DNA from: an uncultured Clostridia bacterium
GTDB taxonomy: Bacteria > Bacillota > Clostridia > DUPQ01
DNA length: 64,000 nucleotides
NCBI GenBank assembly: GCA_963766335.1
Contig: CAVXZA010000002.1
Span: forward strand, 1,615,530 to 1,679,529
Reading direction: 5' to 3'
The position numbers and the translations under genes were made by a program. This document shows, piece by piece, positions 23,437 to 32,904 of this stretch; position 1 is the stretch's first letter; the number at the start of each line of letters is the position of its first letter. Under the pieces are notes generated by a model. It was not told where the DNA came from. It searched no databases and saw only the letters and a program-made list of their open reading frames with translations.

Positions 23437-24234
23437 TTGAAAATAGTTGACGTTGATAGTGCCAATGAAGGATATTTCATGAATTGCCGCCTTGAGACGG
23501 CATCAGTGAATTATACTGATGGGCAAAAAATCAGAAAAACATATATAGCCAATCATAATAAAAAGGGCCAGGGAATCAAACTTATGATGGATGATGAAGG
23601 TGCGATTGTGGGAAGACTTCACTATGTACCTATTGAATATTCGCCTTTGGTCGGTGAGAATATTCTTGTAATTCTATGTCTTTATATCCATATGTATAAA
23701 CACAATATCGGTGACAAGAGGAATATCGGATATGGCAAGCATTTCCTTGATTACGTAGAGAATGAAGCCGGAAACCGGGGATTTGACGGGGTGGCTGTCT
23801 GGGCAATGGACTGGAACTGGAACCCGGTCTCATTTTATTTTCACAATGGCTATATTGAAGCGGACAGATTAGACAGGGTTGTAGTTGCGTGGAAACCGTT
23901 TAAAAATGAGGCTAGTAAACCAAAACTGGCAAGGATACCTGCAGAATATTTTAATATAGTATCCGAGGATAAAGTTGTTTTGATTTTGGCTGATAATGAT
24001 TGGTGTAATTGCAGGAATAAGATGAATACAGCTATTGAAGCAATCGATGGGATTGAGCACATGGCGGAAGTGCATATTGTTACTGAGAATTCGCCGGGCG
24101 GGTATGTTCATCTCGGTTACGCAGGAGGGATATTCATTGACGGAGAACCCTACCATCCATATCAGCACCTGGGTGGCAGCATTGATTTAAGAGAATATAT
24201 AATTAAGAAATATAAGGAAAAACAGAGTAGCTAA
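23437..24234 (+). CDS. GNAT-like N-acetyltransferase domain protein with C-terminal extension
   Basis: Motif-A-like RNIGYGKHFLDYVENEAGNRGFDGV. TTG start with AAGGAG ribosome-binding site 8 nt upstream. Confidence 0.4.
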   Translation: MKIVDVDSANEGYFMNCRLETASVNYTDGQKIRKTYIANHNKKGQGIKLMMDDEGAIVGRLHYVPIEYSPLVGENILVILCLYIHMYKHNIGDKRNIGYGKHFLDYVENEAGNRGFDGVAVWAMDWNWNPVSFYFHNGYIEADRLDRVVVAWKPFKNEASKPKLARIPAEYFNIVSEDKVVLILADNDWCNCRNKMNTAIEAIDGIEHMAEVHIVTENSPGGYVHLGYAGGIFIDGEPYHPYQHLGGSIDLREYIIKKYKEKQSS

Positions 24235-24923
24235 ACCAATTTATCAATAATTATCAGAATAGTCATATGAAGCGGATAAAAAACATAGAAGAACCATTTC
24301 GTAAAAGTATTTGAAATACCTTTTTTTTTATTATATAAATTAATTATTGGCAGCGGCAGGAGATAAAAGGCGACGATTACCCATCCGTAATAATTAACTC
24401 CATACCTCAGCAAATAAGATGCCGAGAATAACAGTATAAGCAGCGAAGCTGTAATGTTTCTGTACTGTTTGTTATTCTTCGTATAATAAAATGCAATTAC
24501 CATAAGAATTCCGAAAGCCCCGTGATCAAGATTCGCGAATTCAGCTATTAAAGCGAATATAACCGGGACGAAAGCAGCGGCAAAAACGCTGCCCCTTTCA
24601 ATGGCGTATATCGAAGCCAATCCCAGAAATAATGTGAAAATCACATTTATTTGAAAACCACTGACATTGCTTAGCATAATTGTATAAGGAATCTGGGCTA
24701 TGATTGCAAAAACCAACATGCGAAACATGTATTTGTTAATATTTCTGGTTTTTAAATAGCCTTCGGCAACCATGAATGCAAAAATCGGGAAAGCGATACG
24801 GCCCAGACACCGCATATAAATTGCAGCAGGAAAAAACACATGAGCTGTGTGGTCAATCAGCATAGCGCATGCGGCAATTAATTTTATCTGAAACGAATCA
24901 AAATATTTCCTTATGTTATACAT
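24231..24923 (-). CDS. TraX family membrane protein
   Basis: LIAACAMLIDHTAHVFFP N-terminal TraX signature, multiple TM helices. Confidence 0.65.
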   Translation of the reverse strand: MYNIRKYFDSFQIKLIAACAMLIDHTAHVFFPAAIYMRCLGRIAFPIFAFMVAEGYLKTRNINKYMFRMLVFAIIAQIPYTIMLSNVSGFQINVIFTLFLGLASIYAIERGSVFAAAFVPVIFALIAEFANLDHGAFGILMVIAFYYTKNNKQYRNITASLLILLFSASYLLRYGVNYYGWVIVAFYLLPLPIINLYNKKKGISNTFTKWFFYVFYPLHMTILIIIDKLV

Positions 24924-25019
24924 AACTCAATTATATACTATATCGTTTTAAACAAAACCCCTCGCGGATGATTGCTGCCGGGGTTGAAGAACAAGTGTTC
25001 GGTATGGTAGAATATCAAT

Positions 25020-27176
25020 ATGGAAGTGCTTAAAAAATTACTCGGGGGATTAAATAAGGCCCAGCTGGAAGCCGTTAAGGCAACCGAGGGCTACATTAGG
25101 GTAATCGCAGGTGCAGGTTCTGGAAAGACAAGAGCCCTGACCCGCAGGTATGCGTGGCTAGTCGAAGGGCTGGGCATCAGCCCGTCAAATATTTTGTGCG
25201 TGACTTTTACAAATAAGGCTGCGAATGAAATGAGGAACAGGGTAAAGAATCTAATCGGATCTGACGAACCAATAAGCCTGGTATGCACATACCACGGATT
25301 CTGCGTAAAAGTCCTAAGGGAGGATATAAACAAGCTTTATTATCCAAAGGGCTTTACAATCATAGACGAACAGGATGAGAGGCTGCTGCTTAGGGAGATT
25401 TATGAAGAAATCGAAATTACCTCAAAAACAGTGACTTTCACAACATGCATTGATTACATTGCAGCAAGGAAAGATAACCCGGAATACATCAAGCATATGG
25501 AGTCCTTTGAAATGCTGGACGACCGGATTAATAAATCCCGGGACCTGCTTGAAAAAATATTTTACAGCTATTTGAAAAAACAAAAAAAGAATTATGCTGT
25601 TGATTTCGATGACCTTTTAAATTTTACACTTCATATATTCATAAACCACAAGGATATACTTGCAAAATGGCAGGACAGGCTGCATTATATCCAGGTTGAC
25701 GAGTTCCAGGACAGCGACACAAAGCAATATATGCTGATATCCATGCTCAGCAAGGGGCATGGGAACCTATTCGTTGTCGGCGACCCGGACCAGACCATAT
25801 ATGAATGGCGCGGTGCCAAGCCTGAATTTATCGTTGATTTCCACAAGAACTTCCCGGATGTAAAAACCATTATTATGAACAGGAACTACAGGTCGACGCC
25901 TGAGATTCTGAATGTCGGGAATTCTATTATTAAAAATAATAAGATGCGCGTTGAAAAAGACATGTTTACAAAGAATCCGAACGGTCCCATAGTAACCCAT
26001 TTTCATGCTGTCACAGAGGAAGAGGAAACAAAATGGATTATACAAAAAATTAAAAAACTAGTAGAAAGCGGGGCAGGACTTCACGATTTTGCAATACTTT
26101 ATAGGGCGAATTTCCTGTCAAGGTCCATCGAGCAGGCATTTATAAAAGAAAATATCAACTATGTTGTTTATAGCGGCGTTAAATTCTTTGACAGGCAGGA
26201 GATTAAGACAATTATCGCATATCTTAAGATGCTGACCAACGGCGACGATATTTCATTCCTACGAACAGTTAATTTTCCAAGGAGAGGTGTAGGAAGAAAG
26301 AAAATCGCATTTCTTAAAAGTGCAGCAGAAGAAGCGGAATGTTCCTTATACGATGCCTTGAAAAGCAATAATCGGGACCCGGTTATGCTGGGCAGTGCCT
26401 GCGGGGAATATATTAAACTAATTGAAATGATGCGAAACCGTAAAGTTGGAGAATGCATATCCGAACTCACCAGGGATTTGTTGAATAAAAGTGGATTCAT
26501 GGAATTTTACAGACGTGACGGTGATAACAACAGGCTGGATAATATTGCTGAGTTCATGACTTCCATGATTGCATATGAGCAGACAGCAGGTGAAGATGTA
26601 GCCCTGGATGAATATCTCCAGGAACTGTCTCTTTACACAGATGCTGACATCGGAAATGAAAAAGACAGAATAAAGCTAATGACCATTCACGTCGCCAAGG
26701 GCCTTGAATTTCCGTATGTATTTCTGTGCGGATTGTCGGAAGATATAATGCCGAATGCCAGGGCGATGCAGGAACGCAAGCTGAAAGCGCTTGAAGAGGA
26801 GCGCAGACTCGCTTATGTAGCAGTGACCAGGGCGGAAAGAGAGCTTTTTCTCACTGAGTCCGAGGGTACCGGGCACGGCGGCTCATATAAATACCCATCA
26901 AGATTTCTTCTTGAGATTAAAGAGAACATGATTGTCCGCGAAGGGAAACTCGATCCTGAGCTTCTTGAGAAAACTAAAAGAAGGGTTAATGCCGGGATGC
27001 ATATTGCAAAGAGCGGGTATTTCGTTGCGGGAGATATTGTAATTCACCCTGTCTGGAATGAGGGTATAATCCTAAAAGTTAATCCTGATAAAGGGGAGTA
27101 TGTAATTAAGTTCACTGATCCTGATGTGGTAAGGCATATACGAATGAAGTACCGTCTTTTGGTAAAAAAAATATAG
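25020..27176 (+). CDS. UvrD/PcrA-type ATP-dependent DNA helicase (superfamily 1)
   Basis: Motif I AGAGSGKTRALT, motif II QVDEFQDSD, GDPDQTIYEWRGA, C-terminal VTRAE...L and Tudor-like tail. Confidence 0.85.
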   Translation: MEVLKKLLGGLNKAQLEAVKATEGYIRVIAGAGSGKTRALTRRYAWLVEGLGISPSNILCVTFTNKAANEMRNRVKNLIGSDEPISLVCTYHGFCVKVLREDINKLYYPKGFTIIDEQDERLLLREIYEEIEITSKTVTFTTCIDYIAARKDNPEYIKHMESFEMLDDRINKSRDLLEKIFYSYLKKQKKNYAVDFDDLLNFTLHIFINHKDILAKWQDRLHYIQVDEFQDSDTKQYMLISMLSKGHGNLFVVGDPDQTIYEWRGAKPEFIVDFHKNFPDVKTIIMNRNYRSTPEILNVGNSIIKNNKMRVEKDMFTKNPNGPIVTHFHAVTEEEETKWIIQKIKKLVESGAGLHDFAILYRANFLSRSIEQAFIKENINYVVYSGVKFFDRQEIKTIIAYLKMLTNGDDISFLRTVNFPRRGVGRKKIAFLKSAAEEAECSLYDALKSNNRDPVMLGSACGEYIKLIEMMRNRKVGECISELTRDLLNKSGFMEFYRRDGDNNRLDNIAEFMTSMIAYEQTAGEDVALDEYLQELSLYTDADIGNEKDRIKLMTIHVAKGLEFPYVFLCGLSEDIMPNARAMQERKLKALEEERRLAYVAVTRAERELFLTESEGTGHGGSYKYPSRFLLEIKENMIVREGKLDPELLEKTKRRVNAGMHIAKSGYFVAGDIVIHPVWNEGIILKVNPDKGEYVIKFTDPDVVRHIRMKYRLLVKKI

Positions 27177-27261
27177 TTCTCATAGTTTGCAGATTAGCAA
27201 TATTTGTAATAGAATAAAAATGCATCCAATCGCGGTGTAATATTCTAGTGGAGGTAATATA

Positions 27262-27738
27262 ATGGGTAAATTAAAAGGCTTTGGTAAGAAACTGAGTGAT
27301 GCAGCCAAGAATACAGCAAAAAAATCTGAAGAGTTGATTGAAATTGGTAAAGTAAGAAGCAAAATCAGGGATGCAGAGAATGATATTGAAAAGATAAAAA
27401 TGCAGATTGGTGAAACTGCATATAGTAAATTTAAAGAAGGCGTTGCCACTTTTCCAGAGGCAGAGGATTTATGTTCGGGTATAGATGAAGCCCTGGCAAG
27501 AATAGATGATTTAGAAGAAAAAATATTAAGGCTCAAACATATAAGGATTTGTCCTGAATGTTCGACGGAAGTTGAAGATATAGTTGCTTTTTGCTCTAAA
27601 TGCGGACATAAATTCGAAGACCTTCCTGTCGAAGAAGATGTTGAAGAAGGGCCTGAAGGTCAAAAATGCAATGCCTGTGGCGCGGTTCTTGAAGAAGGGG
27701 TTGCTTTCTGCGGGAAATGCGGGGCAAAGGTAGAGTAA
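27262..27738 (+). CDS. Coiled-coil / double zinc-ribbon protein
   Basis: CPECS...CSKCG and CNACG...CGKCG. Confidence 0.5.
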   Translation: MGKLKGFGKKLSDAAKNTAKKSEELIEIGKVRSKIRDAENDIEKIKMQIGETAYSKFKEGVATFPEAEDLCSGIDEALARIDDLEEKILRLKHIRICPECSTEVEDIVAFCSKCGHKFEDLPVEEDVEEGPEGQKCNACGAVLEEGVAFCGKCGAKVE

Positions 27739-27751
27739 CCATAAAATAAAT

Positions 27752-27773
27752 AAGCCTGCTTTGACAGGCTTTT
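27752..27773 (+). terminator. Rho-independent terminator
   Basis: aagcctg ctttgac aggctt + ttt. Confidence 0.55.
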
Positions 27774-27847
27774 CATACATGCATGGTCCGGATGGTTTTC
27801 CGGGTTTTGCCATGCATTGAAATTTATTTTATGCCGGGAGGATTAAA

Positions 27848-30373
27848 ATGATTGACAGGCTTATATTCGATACTATGTTTGAAAAGATACCCATGGGTGT
27901 TTTCATTGCAGACAGCGAGGGCTATTTTAAATATGTAAACCCCATGGCATGCAATATGACAGGCTACAACATAAATGAACTCATTGGCATGAACAGGATG
28001 GATTTAGTTCCTGATGAATTTAAAGAAATCGCGGTTCGGGTATACGAAGACCTGAAGTCAGATATCGGAGCTGACCAAAAAGTCCCTTATAAAACGAAAA
28101 CCGGCGAAATCAGGACATGGGGAATAAAGACATTGAAGATCGATGGAGCTAATTATGTTGCAATAACAGAGGATATTACCGAATTCGAAAAAATTGTCGA
28201 TCAAAATACTAAATATCTTAACAGGCTCCAGCTTGCAGGAGAAACAGGAAAAGTCGGAAGCTGGGAATATGATGTAAGAACCGGCTCTTTCTGGCGTTCT
28301 TCTGAAGCAACAAGGCAGTTTACAGGCAAAGCCAAGGAAACTACTTGTAATCTTGATGATATAGACAAATATATTGTAAAAAAGGGTACTCTGAAAAAAG
28401 CGATTGATCTTATTCTGAAAACAGGAAAGGAAGCTGAAAAAGAATTCAGTATCATTTCTGATGACGGCACTCTCAAAGTATTGAAAACATACGGTAGGGT
28501 TGTAAGGGAAAAGGATGTTATAACTAAGATAGTCGGAGCCACTGTTGAGATTACAGAAATTAAGCAGGTGCAGGCACAGATTCTTGAGGAGAAGAACAAG
28601 CTTCGGGAGTATCTTGATATTTCAGGAGTAATACTGATTGCTATTGATAATAACGGTATTGTAAAAATGATAAACAAAAAGGGCTGTGAGGTCCTTGGAT
28701 ATAGTGAAAAGGAAATAGTTGGAAAATCCTGGATGGATAATTTTATACCTCAGTATACAAAAACAAAAATTGAAGAAATCCATCGCAACAATATTTTTGA
28801 TTCTGACAAATACATAGAGGAAATGGAAAATCCTATTGTTAATTCAAAAGGCGAGGAGAGGATTATCCATTGGAAAAATACAGTTATGAAGGATTCAAAC
28901 GGCATAGTAGTCGGCAGCCTCTCGTCAGGGGAAGACATAACAGATAAAAAGGTAATAGAAAAAGCACTTGAAGAGAGCGAAATGTCGCTTAAAAAAGCCG
29001 AAATAATTACCAGAAGCGGACATTTTGAAAGGGACCTGGCGACAAATATAAGCAAATGGTCGGACGGGATGTATATTATTCTTGGTTATGAACCCCAGAG
29101 TTTTGAAATAAATTCTGATAAGGAAAATGAACTTTTTACAGCTAAATCGATCAAGAAGCTTGAAAAAGCTTTCCATAATGCTTTAAGAGGTAACAACGAA
29201 TTTGAAATTGAAGTTGAAGCTGTCGCTAAGGATAAAAAAATCCTTGTATTGCTGATGAAAGCGATTATTGAGACTGATGGTAAAAAACCGGTTAAAATGC
29301 TTGCCACATGCCAGGATATTACAGGCAGGAAGGAACACCTGGAACACATTGAGTACATTAGTTACCACGACCAGCTTACCGGACTATATAACCGGCGTTT
29401 CCTTGAGGAGGAATTCAACAGGCTTGATGTCCAGAGGAATTATCCTTTTGCAATTATAATGGCAGATGTTAACGGCCTTAAGCTGGCCAATGACACATTT
29501 GGTCATACTGAAGGCGACCAGATGCTGATAAACACTGCAGAAGTATTAAAGCAGGCGGTCAGGAAGGATGACATAATAGCAAGAATAGGAGGCGATGAAT
29601 TCATGATTCTGCTTCCCAAAATCGAGTGGGCCTATGTTGAGAAGATAATGGGCAGGATACTGGAGTTCTCAAAGGCTTTCCAGACTACAATGCTGCCGCT
29701 GTCAGTAGCTCTTGGATCCGCTGTTAAAGAAGAGAAAAAAGTAAGCCGGGACGAACTGTTTAAAAAAGCGGAAGACAATATGTACAGGAGTAAACTCCAT
29801 GATGTGGGCAGCCGTAGGAACGAGGCAATAAAAATAATATCGGATACCCTTTACGAGAAGAACAAAAGGGAAGAAGCCCATTCCGAGCGGGTCAGCCAAA
29901 TCAGTGTAATGCTCGGGACAGCCGTCGGCCTGACTAGGCCCGAACTGAATGAATTAAAAACCCTTGGGCTTATGCATGATATAGGGAAAATAGCTGTGAA
30001 GGAAGAATTGCTTAACAAACCCTCTGCACTGACTATGGAAGAATTTGAAAACATTAAAATGCATCCGGAGGCCGGGTTCAGGATTTTGAGTACATCAAAT
30101 GATATGGCCGATCTTGCGGAGTATGTACTATCGCATCACGAAAGATGGGACGGGAAGGGATATCCGAGGGGTTTGGCCGGAGAGGATATCCCGATGATGG
30201 CCAGGATAATTGCGATTGCCGAAGCTTATGACGCAATGACCAGCAAAACGCCTTACAGAAGGCCGATGCCGCATAGCAAGGCATATTTAGAAATAAGGAA
30301 AAATTCAGGCAGCCAGTTTGATCCCGTACTCGCTAAAATCTTCCTTCAGGAAGTGTGGCCGGACCTGGCATAA
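27848..30373 (+). CDS. PAS-sensor diguanylate cyclase / HD-GYP phosphodiesterase (c-di-GMP turnover protein)
   Basis: Three PAS-like segments. GGDEF domain with RIGGDEF and YNRRF. C-terminal HD-GYP with HDIGK and HHERWDGKGYP. Confidence 0.85.
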   Translation: MIDRLIFDTMFEKIPMGVFIADSEGYFKYVNPMACNMTGYNINELIGMNRMDLVPDEFKEIAVRVYEDLKSDIGADQKVPYKTKTGEIRTWGIKTLKIDGANYVAITEDITEFEKIVDQNTKYLNRLQLAGETGKVGSWEYDVRTGSFWRSSEATRQFTGKAKETTCNLDDIDKYIVKKGTLKKAIDLILKTGKEAEKEFSIISDDGTLKVLKTYGRVVREKDVITKIVGATVEITEIKQVQAQILEEKNKLREYLDISGVILIAIDNNGIVKMINKKGCEVLGYSEKEIVGKSWMDNFIPQYTKTKIEEIHRNNIFDSDKYIEEMENPIVNSKGEERIIHWKNTVMKDSNGIVVGSLSSGEDITDKKVIEKALEESEMSLKKAEIITRSGHFERDLATNISKWSDGMYIILGYEPQSFEINSDKENELFTAKSIKKLEKAFHNALRGNNEFEIEVEAVAKDKKILVLLMKAIIETDGKKPVKMLATCQDITGRKEHLEHIEYISYHDQLTGLYNRRFLEEEFNRLDVQRNYPFAIIMADVNGLKLANDTFGHTEGDQMLINTAEVLKQAVRKDDIIARIGGDEFMILLPKIEWAYVEKIMGRILEFSKAFQTTMLPLSVALGSAVKEEKKVSRDELFKKAEDNMYRSKLHDVGSRRNEAIKIISDTLYEKNKREEAHSERVSQISVMLGTAVGLTRPELNELKTLGLMHDIGKIAVKEELLNKPSALTMEEFENIKMHPEAGFRILSTSNDMADLAEYVLSHHERWDGKGYPRGLAGEDIPMMARIIAIAEAYDAMTSKTPYRRPMPHSKAYLEIRKNSGSQFDPVLAKIFLQEVWPDLA

Positions 30374-30423
30374 TACTGCAAAATATTAATATGTTTGTCT
30401 TTTAATATGGAAAAGGGCTATCA

Positions 30424-30606
30424 TTAAGCATTGCCTAAAAGGAAGAGGATTGTAGTAAAGTATGCAGAAAACACTATAGTGATTATTGTTTTAACTAGAT
30501 TATTGTAATTTAAACTAAACCACAGAATTGTTATACCAAAGGGCGGTAGAAAGACCAATAGCATCCATAAAACCCAATTTTTTATAATTCTTGCATCATT
30601 TTCCAT
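30424..30606 (-). CDS. Possible small two-TM membrane protein
   Basis: 60-aa ORF with two hydrophobic helices. Weak ribosome-binding site. Confidence 0.25.
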   Translation of the reverse strand: MENDARIIKNWVLWMLLVFLPPFGITILWFSLNYNNLVKTIITIVFSAYFTTILFLLGNA

Positions 30607-30745
30607 AATACCAAACCTACGTTTTGAGTATATTACAAATGCTACTTAACTACAATTGGGTAAATTATAATTAATAGTGCTATATACATTGCCGATATAT
30701 GATTTATACTATATGATACTTATGATTTTCATACCGGAGGATTAG

Positions 30746-31729
30746 ATGGAGTTTATTAAACTGGGAAAAACAAATATAGAAGTTTCTAAAATTGCCTTTG
30801 GCTGCTGGGCTATAGGCGCAGGGCGCGAATGGGGCGAAAGCCTTGAGGACAGGGTTTATTCCGAAACCATTTTGACTGCCTATGACGGGGGAATCAACTT
30901 TTTTGATACTGCCATGGGCTATGGCGGGGGACATTCGGAGGAATTGCTGGGAAAAACAATTAAGAACATAAGGGACAAGGTCATAGTTTCAGATAAATGC
31001 TCAACCCCGGGATTAACCAAAGATAAGGCAAGGGAAAGCGTAGAAACCAGCTTGTCAAGGCTTAAGACTGATTATATTGATATTTATTTCGTACATTGGC
31101 CTAATCCTGATATCCCGGTAGAAGAACCGATTGAAGAACTGATGAAACTGAAGGCAGAAGGCAAAATCAGGGCAATAGGAGTTTCCAACTATACACTTGG
31201 ACACTTAAAGCGTGCAGTAAAAGCGGGGCAGATTGATGCAGTGCAGCCCTGTTATAATCTTTACTGGAGGCATATTGAAAAAGATTTGCTCCCGTATTGC
31301 CTGGAGAATGGCATCAGTGTGATTACATATAGTTCAATAGCCCAGGGTCTTCTCACAGGTAAATTTACCAAAGACTGGTCCTTTGCTGAAACTGATATGA
31401 GGCGCACTACAATCCCGCTTTTCAAATCACCCACATTTGAAATGGCTATTGATACGACAGAAAAAATTAAGTCTATCGGTGAAAAGTATGGTAAAAGCCC
31501 TGTGCAGACTGCCATTAATTGGACAATAAACAAGCCCGGTATAACTTCTGCTATAGTAGGAGCGAAATATCCGGACCAGGTTGTTGAAAATATTAAATCC
31601 ACGGGTTGGAGCATGTCCGATGAAGATTATGAGTATATAGGCAATATATCCATGGAAGTTGCCGAAACAGTACTTGGATGGGATACCATGTACCAAAAAG
31701 ATGACCATAGGTTGGTCATGAATGTTTAG
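30746..31729 (+). CDS. Aldo/keto reductase family oxidoreductase
   Basis: GCWAIG, FFDTAMGYGGGHSEELLG, IRAIGVSNY motifs. GGAGG ribosome-binding site. Confidence 0.85.
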   Translation: MEFIKLGKTNIEVSKIAFGCWAIGAGREWGESLEDRVYSETILTAYDGGINFFDTAMGYGGGHSEELLGKTIKNIRDKVIVSDKCSTPGLTKDKARESVETSLSRLKTDYIDIYFVHWPNPDIPVEEPIEELMKLKAEGKIRAIGVSNYTLGHLKRAVKAGQIDAVQPCYNLYWRHIEKDLLPYCLENGISVITYSSIAQGLLTGKFTKDWSFAETDMRRTTIPLFKSPTFEMAIDTTEKIKSIGEKYGKSPVQTAINWTINKPGITSAIVGAKYPDQVVENIKSTGWSMSDEDYEYIGNISMEVAETVLGWDTMYQKDDHRLVMNV

Positions 31730-31732
31730 CAG

Positions 31733-32650
31733 GTGAATATGGATTCGGCCGTTGTATTCTTCGAAGTATTAATTCTATTTATCTTGATGCTTGCAGGATT
31801 CATTGCAGCAAAAACTAAAATTATTGGTGAAACCTCCAGAGGGCAGCTTTCGTCGTTCATTATAAATATTACGCTGCCTGTTGTAATTTTAATGTCGTCC
31901 CAGATGGATTTTACACAGGAAAAAATTGAAAATTCATTATGGTTGCTTGGTATGTCAGTTCTAATGTTTTTTATTTCCATTGGTATTTCACATTTCTTAT
32001 ATAAAAAAGCGGGCAATGATAAAGAAAAAGTTTTGAAATTTTCTACTGTGTTTTCAAATAGCGCTTATATGGGATTCCCGGTTTTATATGCCCTGTTAGG
32101 CAGCGAGGGCGTATTTTATGGAGCTGTTTTCCTTATTCCATTCAATGTTTTCTTATGGACTTACGGCATATTGATATTTAAGAAACATAATAGTTTCAAG
32201 CAATTGATAAAAGATGTTATGAGTCCGTCAATGATTGCAATGCTTATTGCTTTCCTTTTCCTTGGATTTAGCATTCGGGTACCTTATCCGCTGAATAAGG
32301 GCCTTGATATTATCGGAGGTCTGACCACGCCGTTGTCTATGATAGTAATTGGAGCAACCCTGGCAACAGTTAAATTTAAGACTATGATATCAGATAAATG
32401 GATATATATTGTTTCAGCCGTAAGGCTCCTTTTGCTTCCGGCCGTATCATTCGGATTATTCTTCTGGCTGTCTCCCCCGGAAATGTCATTGACTATTTTG
32501 GTTCTGCTTGTCGGAATGCCATGCGCTGCCGCCACCACAATATTTGCCCAGCAGTTCGGTGGCGATGCAAAACTTGCTTCCGGGATTGTATCCTTTTCAA
32601 CAATTCTTTCAATAGGCACTATTCCATTGTTGATATTTCTTTTCCTATAA
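31733..32650 (+). CDS. AEC (auxin efflux carrier) family transporter
   Basis: 305 aa, about 10 TM helices with two homologous halves. Confidence 0.65.
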   Translation: MNMDSAVVFFEVLILFILMLAGFIAAKTKIIGETSRGQLSSFIINITLPVVILMSSQMDFTQEKIENSLWLLGMSVLMFFISIGISHFLYKKAGNDKEKVLKFSTVFSNSAYMGFPVLYALLGSEGVFYGAVFLIPFNVFLWTYGILIFKKHNSFKQLIKDVMSPSMIAMLIAFLFLGFSIRVPYPLNKGLDIIGGLTTPLSMIVIGATLATVKFKTMISDKWIYIVSAVRLLLLPAVSFGLFFWLSPPEMSLTILVLLVGMPCAAATTIFAQQFGGDAKLASGIVSFSTILSIGTIPLLIFLFL

Positions 32651-32904
32651 CATTTAATATTGCATATAGAAATTTCTCAATAGTTTGAAAATTTATAGCT
32701 GAAGAGTTTAACATTCAGTTTTTTCGTTATATAGCAAACCAAGGTTTTAGACTTGATGTATTAAAAAAAATGATATCTATTGATATTTTTTGTTAAAATT
32801 TAACGGGACTCTTAGCAAATTCGATTGCCAAATGATATAATATCATCGTCGGGGGAACAGGTCATATATAGATAATATAATCTCAGTCTTAGGGGGCGTC
32901 TATA

